Source: Eledone cirrhosa (taxonomy: Eukaryota). Taken from it: a stretch of 64,000 nucleotides of DNA. Positions within the stretch are counted from its first letter, which is position 1; every line of letters begins with the position of its first letter. Made by a program: the position numbers and the translations under genes. The stretch lies in NCBI GenBank assembly GCA_964016885.1, contig OZ024740.1:339450001-339514000 (forward strand), read 5' to 3'. Positions 42,346 to 55,373 of the stretch are shown piece after piece. The notes under the pieces were generated by a model. It ran no database searches, was not told where the DNA came from, and saw only the letters and a list, made by a program, of their open reading frames with translations.

Positions 42346-43350
42346 ATATCTATGTATGTATATATGTGCACACATATATATAGATACATATATCCATACA
42401 TACATACACACACACACATACATACACACACATACGCATATATATATATAATGCATGAATGTATTTATGTGTATATATGAATATTTAGGCACAATGTAAT
42501 GTATATTAGAAAAAAGTAAGATAAATTTAATGAGATTCAACTACAGTTTATTAAACTCACTAGAGAATTTAAATAAGTCTGATAAACATTCTATTATTTT
42601 TCTTTGTACACAGAAATAGACACACACACACACACACATATTTACATAGATATATATTTACATACATACACACAGACACACACATATATATATATATAAA
42701 CACAAATAATAAATTATTCAGCCAAGGGGGGGTTTTACAGGGTCATTTGACTGGCCAAATAGAAACAGAAGACAAAACACAAAAATACCCTACTGACTTA
42801 ATAAAGGAAGGAGACATTATATAATCGTATGTTTCAATTAAATAATAGGATGGTAGTCCACAACTGAAATATCTTTGATCATATTTCTGCTTAATCATGG
42901 CTGACCTAGGGTTAAACAACAACTTTCTGTCTATTTGTTATTTATATAGAATTTTATCAATAAATATTATTGTGAACACCAATATTATAATTATATTCAG
43001 TCATAGCTTTGATTTATCGCCTAATATTTGACTCTAACAATGCACTCGATCTCTCTCACACACTCACTAATATTCAGACAAGTACACACATTAACACACA
43101 CATATATTTACATATAAATATAAGACACTGAATTGGCTGAATCATGAGGATGTCAGATTAATAATGCTTTGGTATTTGTTCTGGCTCACTGTACTCTGAG
43201 TTCAAATCCCACCAACGGCATCTTTGCCTTTCATCTTTTCAAGCTTGATAAATAAAGTACGTGTGTAACATTAGAGTTTGTTCTTACTTTCTCTCTCTTT
43301 CTTTCTCTGTATAAATATATAGATATATATTATATATACTATATATATAT

Positions 43351-43727
43351 GTCAACTCTGGATGTCGGTGAGCATGTCCAGCTAACCTCAGTCTCCTCTG
43401 TGTCACTTTTGAGCTGACTTTGGGGATGCTCCCATACAGCTCTGAGTTTTTCATCCTCAGTGTATACTGATTAATGTTCAGAGCCATCCTCAGCATTCTC
43501 GTGTAGCACCCATCCACCATCTGAGTGAGTTTCTTGGTCAGTGTCCAAGTCTCAGACCCATACATGGACACACTAGAAGAGGAAGACCAAGGTTAACGTA
43601 TGTTGATGCCCTAAGGACAGACACTGGTCTGTTGGAGACGCAGAACATGGCAGCGATAATGAGGGACAGAGACCGCTGGAGAGAACTCGTCCATGGATCT
43701 CGGGAATTTTACCCACCTTAGATAGAT
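43351..43727 (+). mobile_element. RTE LINE (second family) with an inverted 5' segment
   Basis: Minus 43351-43565 encodes MYGSETWTLT..RRLRLAGHAHRHPEL; plus 43563-43721 encodes HGHTRRGRPRLTYVDAL..DRDRWR..*; (TAGA) tail. Confidence 0.88.
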
Positions 43728-43748
43728 ATATATATATATTATATGTAT

Positions 43749-44365
43749 TATCATCATCATCATCATCATCAACACCGTTTACGTCAATGTTTCCACACTA
43801 GCATGGGTTAGACAGGTTCTCCTGTTGTGGGCAATGCCAAGTCAGGTGACCATGTCTTGCTCATACAGAACTGATTTTGGCTCCATTTCTACAGCTGGAT
43901 GTCCTTCCTAACACCAACTTCATTTACAGTGAGTACTGGGTGCTTTTTACTATGGCGCCTACACGACCACTTTACAGTGTGGACTGGGTGCTTTTTGTCA
44001 TGATACCTCTATATGACCCCTTTACAGTGGGAGGTGCGTGGGGGCATATTGTCTATATGCTTCAGCTTCGGCTTGTACCCGTGGGAACTCGGGTCTTCTG
44101 TATTACTGCGTAACGCCAGAGGTCTCGGTCCTGTATCATCACCTTTGAGAGGTGCCATTGGGCAAGGTCGGTTTTTATCACCTCATCGTAGGTCTTCTTG
44201 GGTCTCCCCACTCCAAGGCTTCCAATGACTTTTAGTGCTCTGCACCTTTTTATGCAACTGTCATCCTTTGTATGCATAACATGTCCATACCAATGCAGTC
44301 TCCTCTCCTGCACACAACATTTGATTACTCTCATGCTTAGTCTCTTTCTTAATTCGTTTATGCTA
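43749..44365 (-). mobile_element. RTE LINE 3' fragment (PHD-RTE related)
   Basis: CCVQERRLHWYGHVM..DDSCIKRC..GRPKKTYDEVI plus 3' UTR and (GAT)n tail. Confidence 0.88.
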
Positions 44366-44526
44366 TATATATATTATAAATATTATGTATATATATATAT
44401 ATATATCACTTGAAGAAATCTGATTTGTTCTGAGGTGGGCTCTGATAGGTTTAAAAATGCTAAAATGTGTCAGGATGCCCACCTTACAAATCCACCAACA
44501 GTTAAGAGTTCTTTACTTACTACTAC

Positions 44527-45049
44527 TGTGTCAGAGAAAAAACAGGACTGGGGTTGCAAAAAAAAAGTATTTCAAATTCAAACTACAAACTTTATGTTTC
44601 CCCTTGGAATAATCTCCCTAGAGTCTTATGCATTTCCCACCCCTCTCTGCCACACCTCCATACACTCTTGAAAGGGTTTTCCTGGGATTCTCCACAACTC
44701 CATTGTCATGGGCCTCTTGATGTTTTCCACTTCCGGAAAGCAGGTCCCCTTGATGACCCTCTTAAGAGTGGGGAAAAGGAAAAAATTACACTGAGCCAGG
44801 TTGGGTGAGTAGGAAGATTGCTCCAGCATGGCGATGTTCTTCTTGGTCAAGAACTTTTGGCTGCTCAGAGTTTTGTTAGCTGGCTCATTATCATAATGAA
44901 TCAGCCACAAGTTGTTCTGCCACAACTCTCACCTCTTCTCACGCAGCTCACTCATGATTAGTCAAACAGTCAGCTGACAATCACTAATCCCTACCCCACT
45001 CAAAGTTCACACAACACACAAAGTCCTGCTACTTCTCTGACACACCTTG
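44527..45049 (-). mobile_element. Internally deleted mariner element
   Basis: LIHYDNEPAN..YSPNLAQCNFFLFP catalytic motifs; short TIRs gtgtcagagaa...caggact at both ends; TA at 45050. Confidence 0.85.
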
Positions 45050-45123
45050 TATATACATACACTTGCTAGTAGGGAAAATGAATGTTAAATGATGATAATA
45101 ATGCACAATCATATAATTATACA

Positions 45124-45190
<67 letters not shown>

Positions 45191-45196
<6 letters not shown>

Positions 45197-45518
45197 AAGA
45201 CCCCCTTTGGTCATGCATGACTATGGGATTTATGCCAAGAAAGTTCCACTCTGAGGCACAAGTTTAGGCAAGGTTGTTTGTGGAGGACCAGCAGTCCCTC
45301 ATGTATACCAATCTCTCTTCTCAATGTCACCAATGTTATCCAAGGGAAAAGCAATGGCCAATACAACTTGGCACCAGTGACACCACAACTCATTTCTACA
45401 GCTGAGTAAACTAGAGCAATGTGAAATAAAATGTCTTGATCAAGGAAATAACACATCACCCAGTCCAAAAATCAAACTCACAACCTCATGATTGCTGAGC
45501 CCAATACTAAGCCATGCA
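45191..45518 (-). mobile_element. CORE/V-type SINE with an alternative 3' tail
   Basis: Head and core as in 57672-57810, then a different tail ending catgaccaaagggggtctttaccc. Confidence 0.75.
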
Positions 45519-46044
45519 ATATATATAAGGGCGCATATATATATGTGTGCGTGTGTGTGTATATATACCTTTAACAAGGACGATAGATAATAAATAAGGA
45601 TGATAATATATGTGTGTGTGTAAGTACTCACATACATAAACACTCGATATTTGTGGAATAAAACTATTTTTTCCCTCTATTAACATGTATATGACAGAAA
45701 ATTGTCAATGGATTTCCAATAGACAATGGTTGTTGGTTCTATCCTCAGCTTCTTACATCACCCCACCCCAAACCCTACCAATTCCCCCCCACCTCCACCA
45801 CTTAACCCGACCACTACCACTCCACCCTACTAACACCATCATCCACATCTACAATAATTGCCACCACAACCACCACCATCCAACAACCACTTCTCTTCTA
45901 TAAATCCCTCCCACCACAACCCCCAACTACAATGAATTAGTTGAAGAAAGCACAAACATTGAATATCTAAGAACGTAAAGAATGTTTTAGAATTGGAAGA
46001 AAATTTATTTTCCAACTTATTTGTCAGTTATATAAGATGCGTTA

Positions 46045-46400
46045 AGGCACATGGTTTAGTGGTTAGGGTGTTCTGCTCATGATTTTAAGCTTATGAGTTC
46101 AATTCCCTGTGTACCATTGTGTCTCTGTGTATGATAGTTTATTTCACATTGCTCCAGTCTACTCAGCTGACAAAACTGAGTTGTACCAGTAATTTAAAGG
46201 ATCAGCCTTGCCATACATTATGTAGTTGAATATCCCTAAAAACTACATTAAGTATGCATATGTTTGTGGAATCTCCCTGAAAACTACATTAAAGGTGTAT
46301 GTGCCTGTGGAATGCTCAGCCACTTGCACATTCATTTCACAAGCAGGCTGTTAGATTGATCAATTCAACTGGAACACTTGTCGTCAGAACCAACAGAGTT
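46045..46400 (+). mobile_element. tRNA-derived CORE/V-type SINE, decayed
   Basis: ggcacatggtttagtggttagggtg head, gagttcaattcc, tttcacattgctccagtctactcagctg core. Confidence 0.7.
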
Positions 46401-46912
46401 CTTACAACTGTCGCCACTACCACAACTGCTATACAACATATAGAGTGAGTCTGGTAATCCATGAAAATCTATGGCTAAGCTCCGTCATGTGCTTGCAATA
46501 ATAATCAACATAAACCTCAAAAGGTTAACATCTATTTGACAGTATAATTTCTACTGAATATAGATCCTTCATCTGCTACTGGCAGCCCCAATGAATCATA
46601 AACTCTGCTGAAAATGAGAAGAGAAGATGAGAAACTGGCTGGTTGTTGACGTCAACTGTTGGATATTGGGGGTGTGGTTACATTGAAATTAGACTTCTTT
46701 TTATTTATAGATATCTATCTACAAACACACACACACACACACTCACATACATATGTGAGTGGTTGTATGTATATATATATGTTAGTATATATGCGTCTGT
46801 GTGTGTAAATATATATATATATATATATATCGATGTGTATGTATACATGTATGTATACATGTATGTATACATGTATGTATACATGTATGTATATATGCAT
46901 ATATATATATAT

Positions 46913-46943
<31 letters not shown>

Positions 46944-46944
46944 C

Positions 46945-46990
<46 letters not shown>

Positions 46991-48480
46991 GTAATGTAGA
47001 AAGATAATTGTCTGACTGATGCAAAAGAGGAGCAAATATTTTGATTTTTACCAATTCAGTGATTCCTGCTTCGAGTGCCTGCTTCATTTATTGAAATATT
47101 TCTTCATTTGAGCAGAGCAAGAATCTTCATTATCACTGTGCTCATCATCATCATTATTATCATAATTGTTGTTTTTACATCTGCTTTTCCCTGCTGGCAT
47201 GGGTTGGACGTGACTTTTTCTTCTTTTAAAAACAGTTTTGTATAGCTTGATGCCTTTTCTGACATAAACTCTTGTTTTTTAAACTAAATTATTGATCTTT
47301 ATATGTTGAGCTGTAGGATATATTGTTTATACAGAACATAAACAAACATCATTGCCTAAGGAAGCATTGTTAAATATGTTGCAAAGACACATACATACAT
47401 GCATACATACACACATACTTACATACATACATACATAAGTGTCACTGGATTCCTACTGTTTCCATCTACCAAATTCTTAGACAAAGCATTGATCAGCCTA
47501 AGGCTAGAGGAAAAGACACTTGCTCATGGTGCCACACAGTGAGATCTTAACTAGATCTTAACCAGGTTGTTGTGAAGCAAATGTTTTAATCATGTAGCCA
47601 TGCCTGTGCCTCAGCCATACCAATGCTTGAGCCACACCAGCAAGTAAACATCCCTATATGTTAAAAAATAAAGCAGGTTATTTGATGAAATGTCATAAGT
47701 GTATGTGGAAATTCTTTAACCACTTGGAACATTTGGATGAAGAAACACCTAATGAGGCATCAGTGAGAGATTAATTAATCGAAAATTGTCTGACATAGTC
47801 TGCAGAACCAACTGAAGATTACATTTTCTAAGTCCTAAGAGTTTCTCTGCCATGGGGCTGACATTTAAAAATGAATGCAGGGAAAGTTCTTTGATCTGAG
47901 TTTAATTGCCTGTGGCTACATCTACTCTCAGAGCTTTTAGCCACATATATTTTTAAAATATCCTTATTTTGATGGAGATTCTCTGTAATCAAGTTTATGT
48001 ATTCAAGTGATGATGATGAGGATGATGATTTCATCTTTGCTTAAGCACTTTGCATCTAAGACCAGCATATTCAATACATCCTTCATATATATATATATTA
48101 AGAAAATAAGAAACAGTAGAAAATGCAAATAGAATTTTTATCAACATAAAAACATTTTTTTTAAAGTTAGGACCAGTTTCAGTCAATATATAGATAGATA
48201 GATAGATAGATATAACCTTCTATATGAACTCTCAAAGTGCTGGGTAATACAAAAATTCTTATATAAAAGGTTGTTTACATCTAACTTGTTCATATAGGTT
48301 TAGAAGAAGTTGAGAGATATGGAGTTCGGCTCCAGCTGCTGGCCACATTTTTCTGTTCATAGGGGATTATACTTGATTTTCTAGGCAATCGACTTTTATA
48401 GCAATCGACTGTTGTTACAATCTTTCTTATGTTTGGGATTCCTACATTTTCTACAAAGAGAATACATACATATACATATA

Positions 48481-49378
48481 CGAGGTGAGTCAGAAAAGTT
48501 CCAGGACTGATGTCACAAAAGATTTATTTCAAACCCAAACTTCACACTAAGAGTGTTCTCCTTCAAATAATCCCCCTGGAGTATGTAACTGTAATCTTAG
48601 CTCTCTGCAGCGATCAAACTTTTTTCTTCATAATTTTATATACATGTCCTCTGTTTCAGGTCGGTCGTCAAGCAATGAGTACAGAGCAACGAACAAACTT
48701 GAAAACACCGTCAGAAGCACTGGGATTGCTGCTGCAAGTGTATGGAGATGAGACAATGTCACACTCACATGTTTTTGAGTGGTGCAAAAGGTTTAAAGAG
48801 GGACGCAAAGACATGGAAGATGACCCCAGGAGCGGAAGGCCCTCAACAACCAGGACTGAGGTCAACACTGAGTGTGTCAGGCAGATGGTGTGTAGCAATT
48901 GTCGGCTGACTGTTCGACTGATGGCAAATGAGCTGGGCATGAATCGGACAGCGTCCAGAAGATTCTCACTGAAGATTTGGACATGCGGAAAGTCTGCGCG
49001 AAGATGGTGCCAAAATTGCTGAACAATGACCAGAAGGGTCGACACATGCAAGTGTGCCAGGACATCCTCGAGCATCTTGAAACCAAACCAGACTTGCTAG
49101 GGACAGTCATCACCGGTGATGAGTCATGGATCTTCGAGTACGACCCGGAGGGGACCCATTTTGAAGACGTGGACGACATCAAAAAGGCTGTGACGATGGA
49201 ACTGCAGAGGATCCCGGAAGAATCCTTCCAGGAGTGCATGCAAGCATGGCAGAAAAAGATGGAAAAGTGCATTAGACTCCAGAGGGATTACTTTGAAGGA
49301 GAAAACTCTCAGTGTGAAGTTTGGGTTTGAAATAAATCTTTTGTGACATCAGTTCTGGAACTTTTCTGACCCACCTCA
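48481..49378 (+). mobile_element. Mariner derivative with ~102-bp TIRs and a deleted catalytic core
   Basis: TA TSDs; VFEWCKRFKEGR..EDDPRSGRPST, RKVCAKMVPKLL, ITGDESWIFEYDPE joined to GTHFEDVDDIK..DYFEG. Confidence 0.93.
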
Positions 49379-49382
49379 TATA

Positions 49383-49804
49383 TAGACATGGGCAGCAACT
49401 GCAGAGGATATGCGACGGCTGGAGAGAAATGAAGCAAGCATGCTCCATTGGATATGCAATTCAATGTGCATGAACAACCAAGCATAGATGAGTTGAGAAA
49501 GAAACTGGGTATAAGAGGGATAAGTTGTGGTGTGCAGGTGAGAAGACTGAGATGGTATGGACATGTGATGCGCATTGAGGATGACCGCTGGGTAAAGAAG
49601 TGCCAAGAAATCCCAGTAGAAGGAAGACGCAGTAGAAGAAGACCACGAAAAACATGGCGGAAGTGGTGAGAGCAGACCTCAGATCGCTGAAACTCACCTA
49701 GGAGATGACGAAGGACTGTGACAAGTGGAGAGATGCTGTGCTGAATAGGACCCAGCCCACCTTGCAAGCAGGGAAAAGCGGTAGTAAAATGATGATGATG
49801 ATGA
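49383..49804 (+). mobile_element. RTE LINE 3' fragment beside the mariner end
   Basis: TWAATAEDMRRLERNEASML..RRLRWYGHVMR..RPRKTW; (ATG)n tail running into (TA)n. Confidence 0.88.
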
Positions 49805-50902
49805 TATATACATATATACAATATATGATTATAGTGTAGTATTTCACTATAATCTTTGGTAAGATGAGAGACACTCTATGCACATTACAATCCTTGAATC
49901 ATCAGGAGTTTAAAACGGATGATTAAGTTATCGACAGTTAAAATATCCTGTTATTAAGGACAGTTCAGGTAACAGAGCATTAAAACTCAATATTAAAAAA
50001 CATCAAGGTTATGAATTTTCATTTATTCCTATATTTCTACGTTTGTTTCAATATTGTTATAATAATATATTGTGATTTCAAGATTTGACTGCTGTTGTTA
50101 GCAAGTCAAGCAGCCACCTTCAAGCTGCCTCATTGACTTATTGCAATGATTGTTTCATTTGAAAGTGAAAAGAAATAGAAATTTGAGAACACTGGACTAA
50201 ATGTTGCACCAAGATCATCATCAGCATTATAATCATCATCATCATCAGCACCACCATCATCGTCATCATTACAAACATTAACATTATCAACAACATTGCC
50301 ATTGTGTCCTACAACTACTTGTAACTCTCTACCAACTTATGTTTTCCCTTCAGACATTCAATTTTGTAGAAATGTCAAACTTAAACATCAATAACATCCT
50401 AGTTTTGTCTGAGAGGGTCAGAAGAACCATTGAGAACTGATCCCCTCTTCTTCCCCTACCATTTAATGTAAAAAAATACTAAAATGAATAAATGAATATA
50501 CAAAAGATAAGAAACCCTAGATCATAAAAATGTCAAAAACTTGGATTTTATCACACTTGTGTGAGATAAAAAGATAATCATTAATTGATTGATAAGTTTA
50601 ATGTCTAAAATGACACTTTATTATATATTATTTTATCTGAGTGTCTACAATCATCTTATTCTAAATTTCCTTTATTAGCAACCCATGGTGTTATTAAATA
50701 TACAGTCAAGGAGATAGTTTATAAAATTGCCTTAGAACCACTCATGACAAAACGTTTTTTTTTAAATATTTTTATCAATTATAAAATGCTATATTATTTT
50801 AGTAAAATAACATTGAAATTGAAGTGATGCAAACAATCTTATAGAATGACTGAGTTGTTTTTTTAAATTGCATATACTGTATTCACCAAAATTATATTTG
50901 TA

Positions 50903-51015
50903 ATTAATTGTTTCTACTTTTGGCACAAGGCCAGCAATTACCCAGTACATTACTGGTACTTTATTTTATCGACCCCGTAAGGATGAAAGGCAAAGTTGAC
51001 CTCAGCAGGATTTGA
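50903..51015 (-). mobile_element. Meta-type SINE 3' half
   Basis: Reverse complement of the family consensus. Confidence 0.8.
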
Positions 51016-51290
51016 AAAAACATAAATAATATAAATAGCATGAATAGAAAATGAAAAATTATGTATAAATTTTCACTAGTAATAGTGCATGTGTGTGTAT
51101 GTGCATGTGTTTGTATGTGTGTATGTATATGTGTGTGTATGTATGTGTGTAAATATGTATGCATATATATGTGTGTGTGTATGTATGTGTGTTTGTATGT
51201 ATATATGTATGTGGCTAACGTTAGTTTGCCTGAAGTTGTAAGTTAAGTATAAGAATATTATTTTCTCTCTCCATTTATCTGCCTCTCTCT

Positions 51291-51327
<37 letters not shown>

Positions 51328-53422
51328 GCTACTATTTCTTTAATATTTTCTTCATATCTAACCTGTTTTCAATATTCTCTTCATAGCTACCGTTTTTCAG
51401 TATTCTGATCATATTTGCTCCGTCTTCAGTATTCTTTTAAATCACTTAGCAAAGATAAATTCTTGTAAAGTTGAGTACTGATAATAAATACATATCCAAT
51501 AAATACTTATCTGCCACATACTGTGGAAATATCTTACCAGATTTAATATATTTTTAAACTTCTATCATACTAAAATACCAATGGAGACATTTTCAGAATG
51601 TTTTACTCTCCTTTCATATTAAAAAATGGTGGGGCGTTTTTAATGGTTTAGTTTCTGTTTAGTTTCAGAAGCTATGAATATTATCTACTCAGGCTGGAAT
51701 TGAACTCACAAACATTTGATTGTGTGTGTGTTTTCAGTTTAGTATGGGAAGGAGGACCTGCACCTATGACCCTTTTCAGAGCCTCCAAGATTGGTGGGAG
51801 GGAAAGAGGAAGGTACCTTAAAATGAAAGATTTGACCCTTATGTTTGCAATACAGGTGGACTCCACTAAAGATATCCAAAGGTCAGGTGGTGATGTTAAC
51901 CCTTTCACTACAATATTTCTAATGAAAGACATTGCCTATAATTTTCTAATCATTTTGAAAATAAACAAGAATTTGAAAGGATTGAATAATACAACTTACT
52001 CATTATTTATCTGGTGTTTGGAAGGTAACTTAAAAGTTTTTATTTAAAATTATGATGGAGGATGTTCAGATAAATTTAAACACTTTAAAATAGCTTTGTA
52101 TCATAGAATCAAGGGTAGTTTTAAGCAGTATGGTATCAAATGTAGTCTACCACACAAGTAGGCCACAGCAGGATTCAAACTTAGAATGTAAAGAGCTAGA
52201 ACAAACACCATTTGTCATTTCATTCAATGCTCTTATGAATTTGCCAATTCACATAAATAACTCTTTCCTATATCTTAAGTGTTCTCCATCAGATTGTTTT
52301 CCCAGGTACAATTAAGAGAAAACAAACACAAATTATATTTTCATGACACTTTATAAATCTTTATAGAACCAAGTAATAATGTTAATTTAGTTAAATTTTC
52401 CTCATGCGATATTTAAAAATCTATTCTAATTAAGAGAATCATAAATATCACATCATGATGAATACAAAATTAATTTAGAAAAAAAATGAAATGAAGTTAT
52501 TTTTATTTGCCTTCTATTTTCCTCTAAATAAAGAGGAATATTTTCCAAAAGTATTGTAAAATATATTTCACACTTTATTCTGTTTGTTTTGGCTATAGTA
52601 AGCCTCAAGGGAGAACCACTTTGATTTTAAAGTTATATTATCTTAATTTGAATTCACTGCAGCATTCACAATGAAGTGCCACAAGAAAAAGTATGGAACC
52701 ATGAAAATATATCAAAATGACAACAAATGTTGTACAAATTTCTACTGTCTATGACATTCTCCTCCAGATAAAGGTTTTACTTTAATATTAAACTAGTATT
52801 TGAAAGTTTCCTCCTACGTATTCCTTCAGAATGCAGCTGAATTTAACCAATACTTCAGCAACAATGTTCCCATTATATCTTAAAAAGACCAATATTTTTT
52901 AATTATTTTTACTGCTTTGCCAGGAAGGGAAAGGCAGTGCTCATGACCCTTTTCATGACATTTGAGACTGATGGGAGAGAGGAATGAAGGTGTCTTCAAA
53001 ATTTAGATCTGGCCAGAATGCTTGCAACAGTGAATAAATTTGGCTAAAGACACCCAAGGACCTAGTGGTGATGTTAAACTGAACAATAAAATCTATCAAC
53101 TAAGTATGTTGTAATAAGAATGCACAGAACTGGAACAGATACAAGGCATCTCATTCAACATTCTAACAATTCTGCCAATCTACTGCTCATGTCTGCTACT
53201 TCATTTTATTGACCCTAAAAGAATAAAAGGAAGTATTCTATCAATACTTAGGCAACACTATCTCTATTGTATTTAACACAGACTAGTATCTACCAATAAT
53301 ATTTTCTGTACTTAGCTGATATCACTCTATCATTTCAGTGAACCTATCATAAGCTAAGCTGAAGGTGCCTTTATGTGGTTACTTCAGCGGCAAGAGATAG
53401 CAACCGAATATCTCTCAAATTA

Positions 53423-53889
53423 TCTATATATATAAAACTGAGGATGTCTGTGTATGTGTGTGTGTCTGTGAGTTTGAATCCCTAAAACTCGAGAAGTACC
53501 CAACCTATTTTTTTCAAACTTTACATGTGTATTACTTATGTTTAACTTTATGTTCAACTTTTTGATCCCCTAGAGTCTGCATTAGGTGAAAAACTATGTT
53601 TTTTCAGCTTTTTAGGGGCATTTTGAGGTGTTACGTCAGACCGATTTCCTTGAAATTGTAACTATGTATTAGTCAGTCTCTTCTTCATACCGTGAGCAAA
53701 GAAAATCCAACTTTTTTGTGGCCTAGGGCCCGCATTAGGTGAAAAACTTCATTTTTTCAGCTTTTTAAGGCTTTTTTCGGTTTATTTCTTTACATATTGT
53801 CCAGGCATGCAGTTTTTCCACGATTAGGTCTGTTGGCGGCCCACATTCCAAAATACCTTATCCCATGCAACGCCGAGTACCACTCCCAG
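53423..53889 (+). mobile_element. Non-autonomous Helitron-like element
   Basis: 5' A|TCTATATATATAAAAC, subterminal GT-rich tract, 3' cccatgcaacgccgag hairpin remnant and CCAG|T (about CTAG); no TSD; internal repeat cattaggtgaaaaact. Confidence 0.65.
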
Positions 53890-54602
53890 TACCTTATAAA
53901 CTTTAAAATGTGGAATAACACTACATACTTTAAATGTGAGCTACATTACAGAACTGCTAATATATCGCAGATAGTGTAGATGCTGTTAGATATGAAAGCA
54001 TTACAGACCACTTATAATGAACAGCAAAGATTTACTGACCAATACAGCCTAATTCACATGTGCGCTATTTCTTCTCTTGGTCTCAGTTACTGATTCTATC
54101 ATTGTTACTAGTCATTCTTAACTAATTAGTTCTACACCACCTCTCTCTGAAGTACCTCCCTCTCCTTCAGTTTATTCTTACTGCTCCTCATCCCATCCAG
54201 ACACTAAGTTAATCCCACTCCAGACACTAAGTTGACCTACTGCTCCTCAGCACTACAACACTTTGCTCCTTATTTACCTACATATGACATCTTCAGAGGT
54301 TGAAGTTGAATATCAGCAGCATTGATCTCATCAGCCTGGAATGTCTTAGAAAGGCCACAGATATTACCATTTATCTTACAATTTAACAACAAAGATAGTT
54401 CAACTTTTCACCTCTTGACAGGCTTCTATTCTATTCTATCATAGGTCATGCCAGTTTTAGAAATATTGCAATATTGAATGTCTAATTTATTTGATGTTAT
54501 TTTTTTAAGGCTTAATTGAGAAAGGACAATGCCCATGGTCTTACTCGGTTTTTTCTAGACTAGTGGAGGAAAGGAGGATGTTATCCTCAAACCAAAGAAC
54601 TA

Positions 54603-55312
54603 ACCTGCATATTTTAAAGTACAGTTATAATTCTACAACCTACACATAATCCTTTTGCAGAGAGGACCTCTGAGGAGCTTTGTGAATGAGTTTGCTCAGA
54701 ATTTTTATCTATGATTTTATGATATATCTCTACTACAAATAACATATTATACACATATTTGTGAAAGTTCTCAGTACCAAAACCTAGTGGTCTTCCTTTT
54801 TTAATTTGACTTTGGTTTTATTCAGTTGGCACCAATAATGACATAGATATATACACTATTAGATGGCCTGTTTGTTGTAGAATAGTGTGATTTTCTATAT
54901 ATTCACTGATATTAGAACAGGCTTTGTTACATTATCTAGCTAGTCCAATACTGGGAAGATAAAAAAAAGCAAGTCTTTCACCATCAAATGCTTTTTGTTC
55001 ATCTTAAGTCCATTTCAATACATTTGATCATTCTGTAAGCTTTCTCAGATGATCACTCATCTCTGACAGATGCAGAATAAACCTGCTCCACTACAGTAGT
55101 ATTCCTTAATAGATAAATGTCTCACTCCATTAGGATCAGTAGGCAGTTGTAAAGCATGAATAGGAGCAATTTTATCTTTACCCAATTTTACTCCTTCTTT
55201 GGTTAGATGTCCAACATATTTTACTTGATTGACATATAATTGACTTTTTGCCTTTGAATGCAGTTTATAGCTCCATCCTTACATGGTCCACCAATAGTGC
55301 ATAGTAGTGGTA

Positions 55313-55373
<61 letters not shown>

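Noticed and set aside
48220-48460. Minus-strand 53-codon frame after an acceptor-like site
   Set aside because: No recognisable domain; it sits between transposon remnants.
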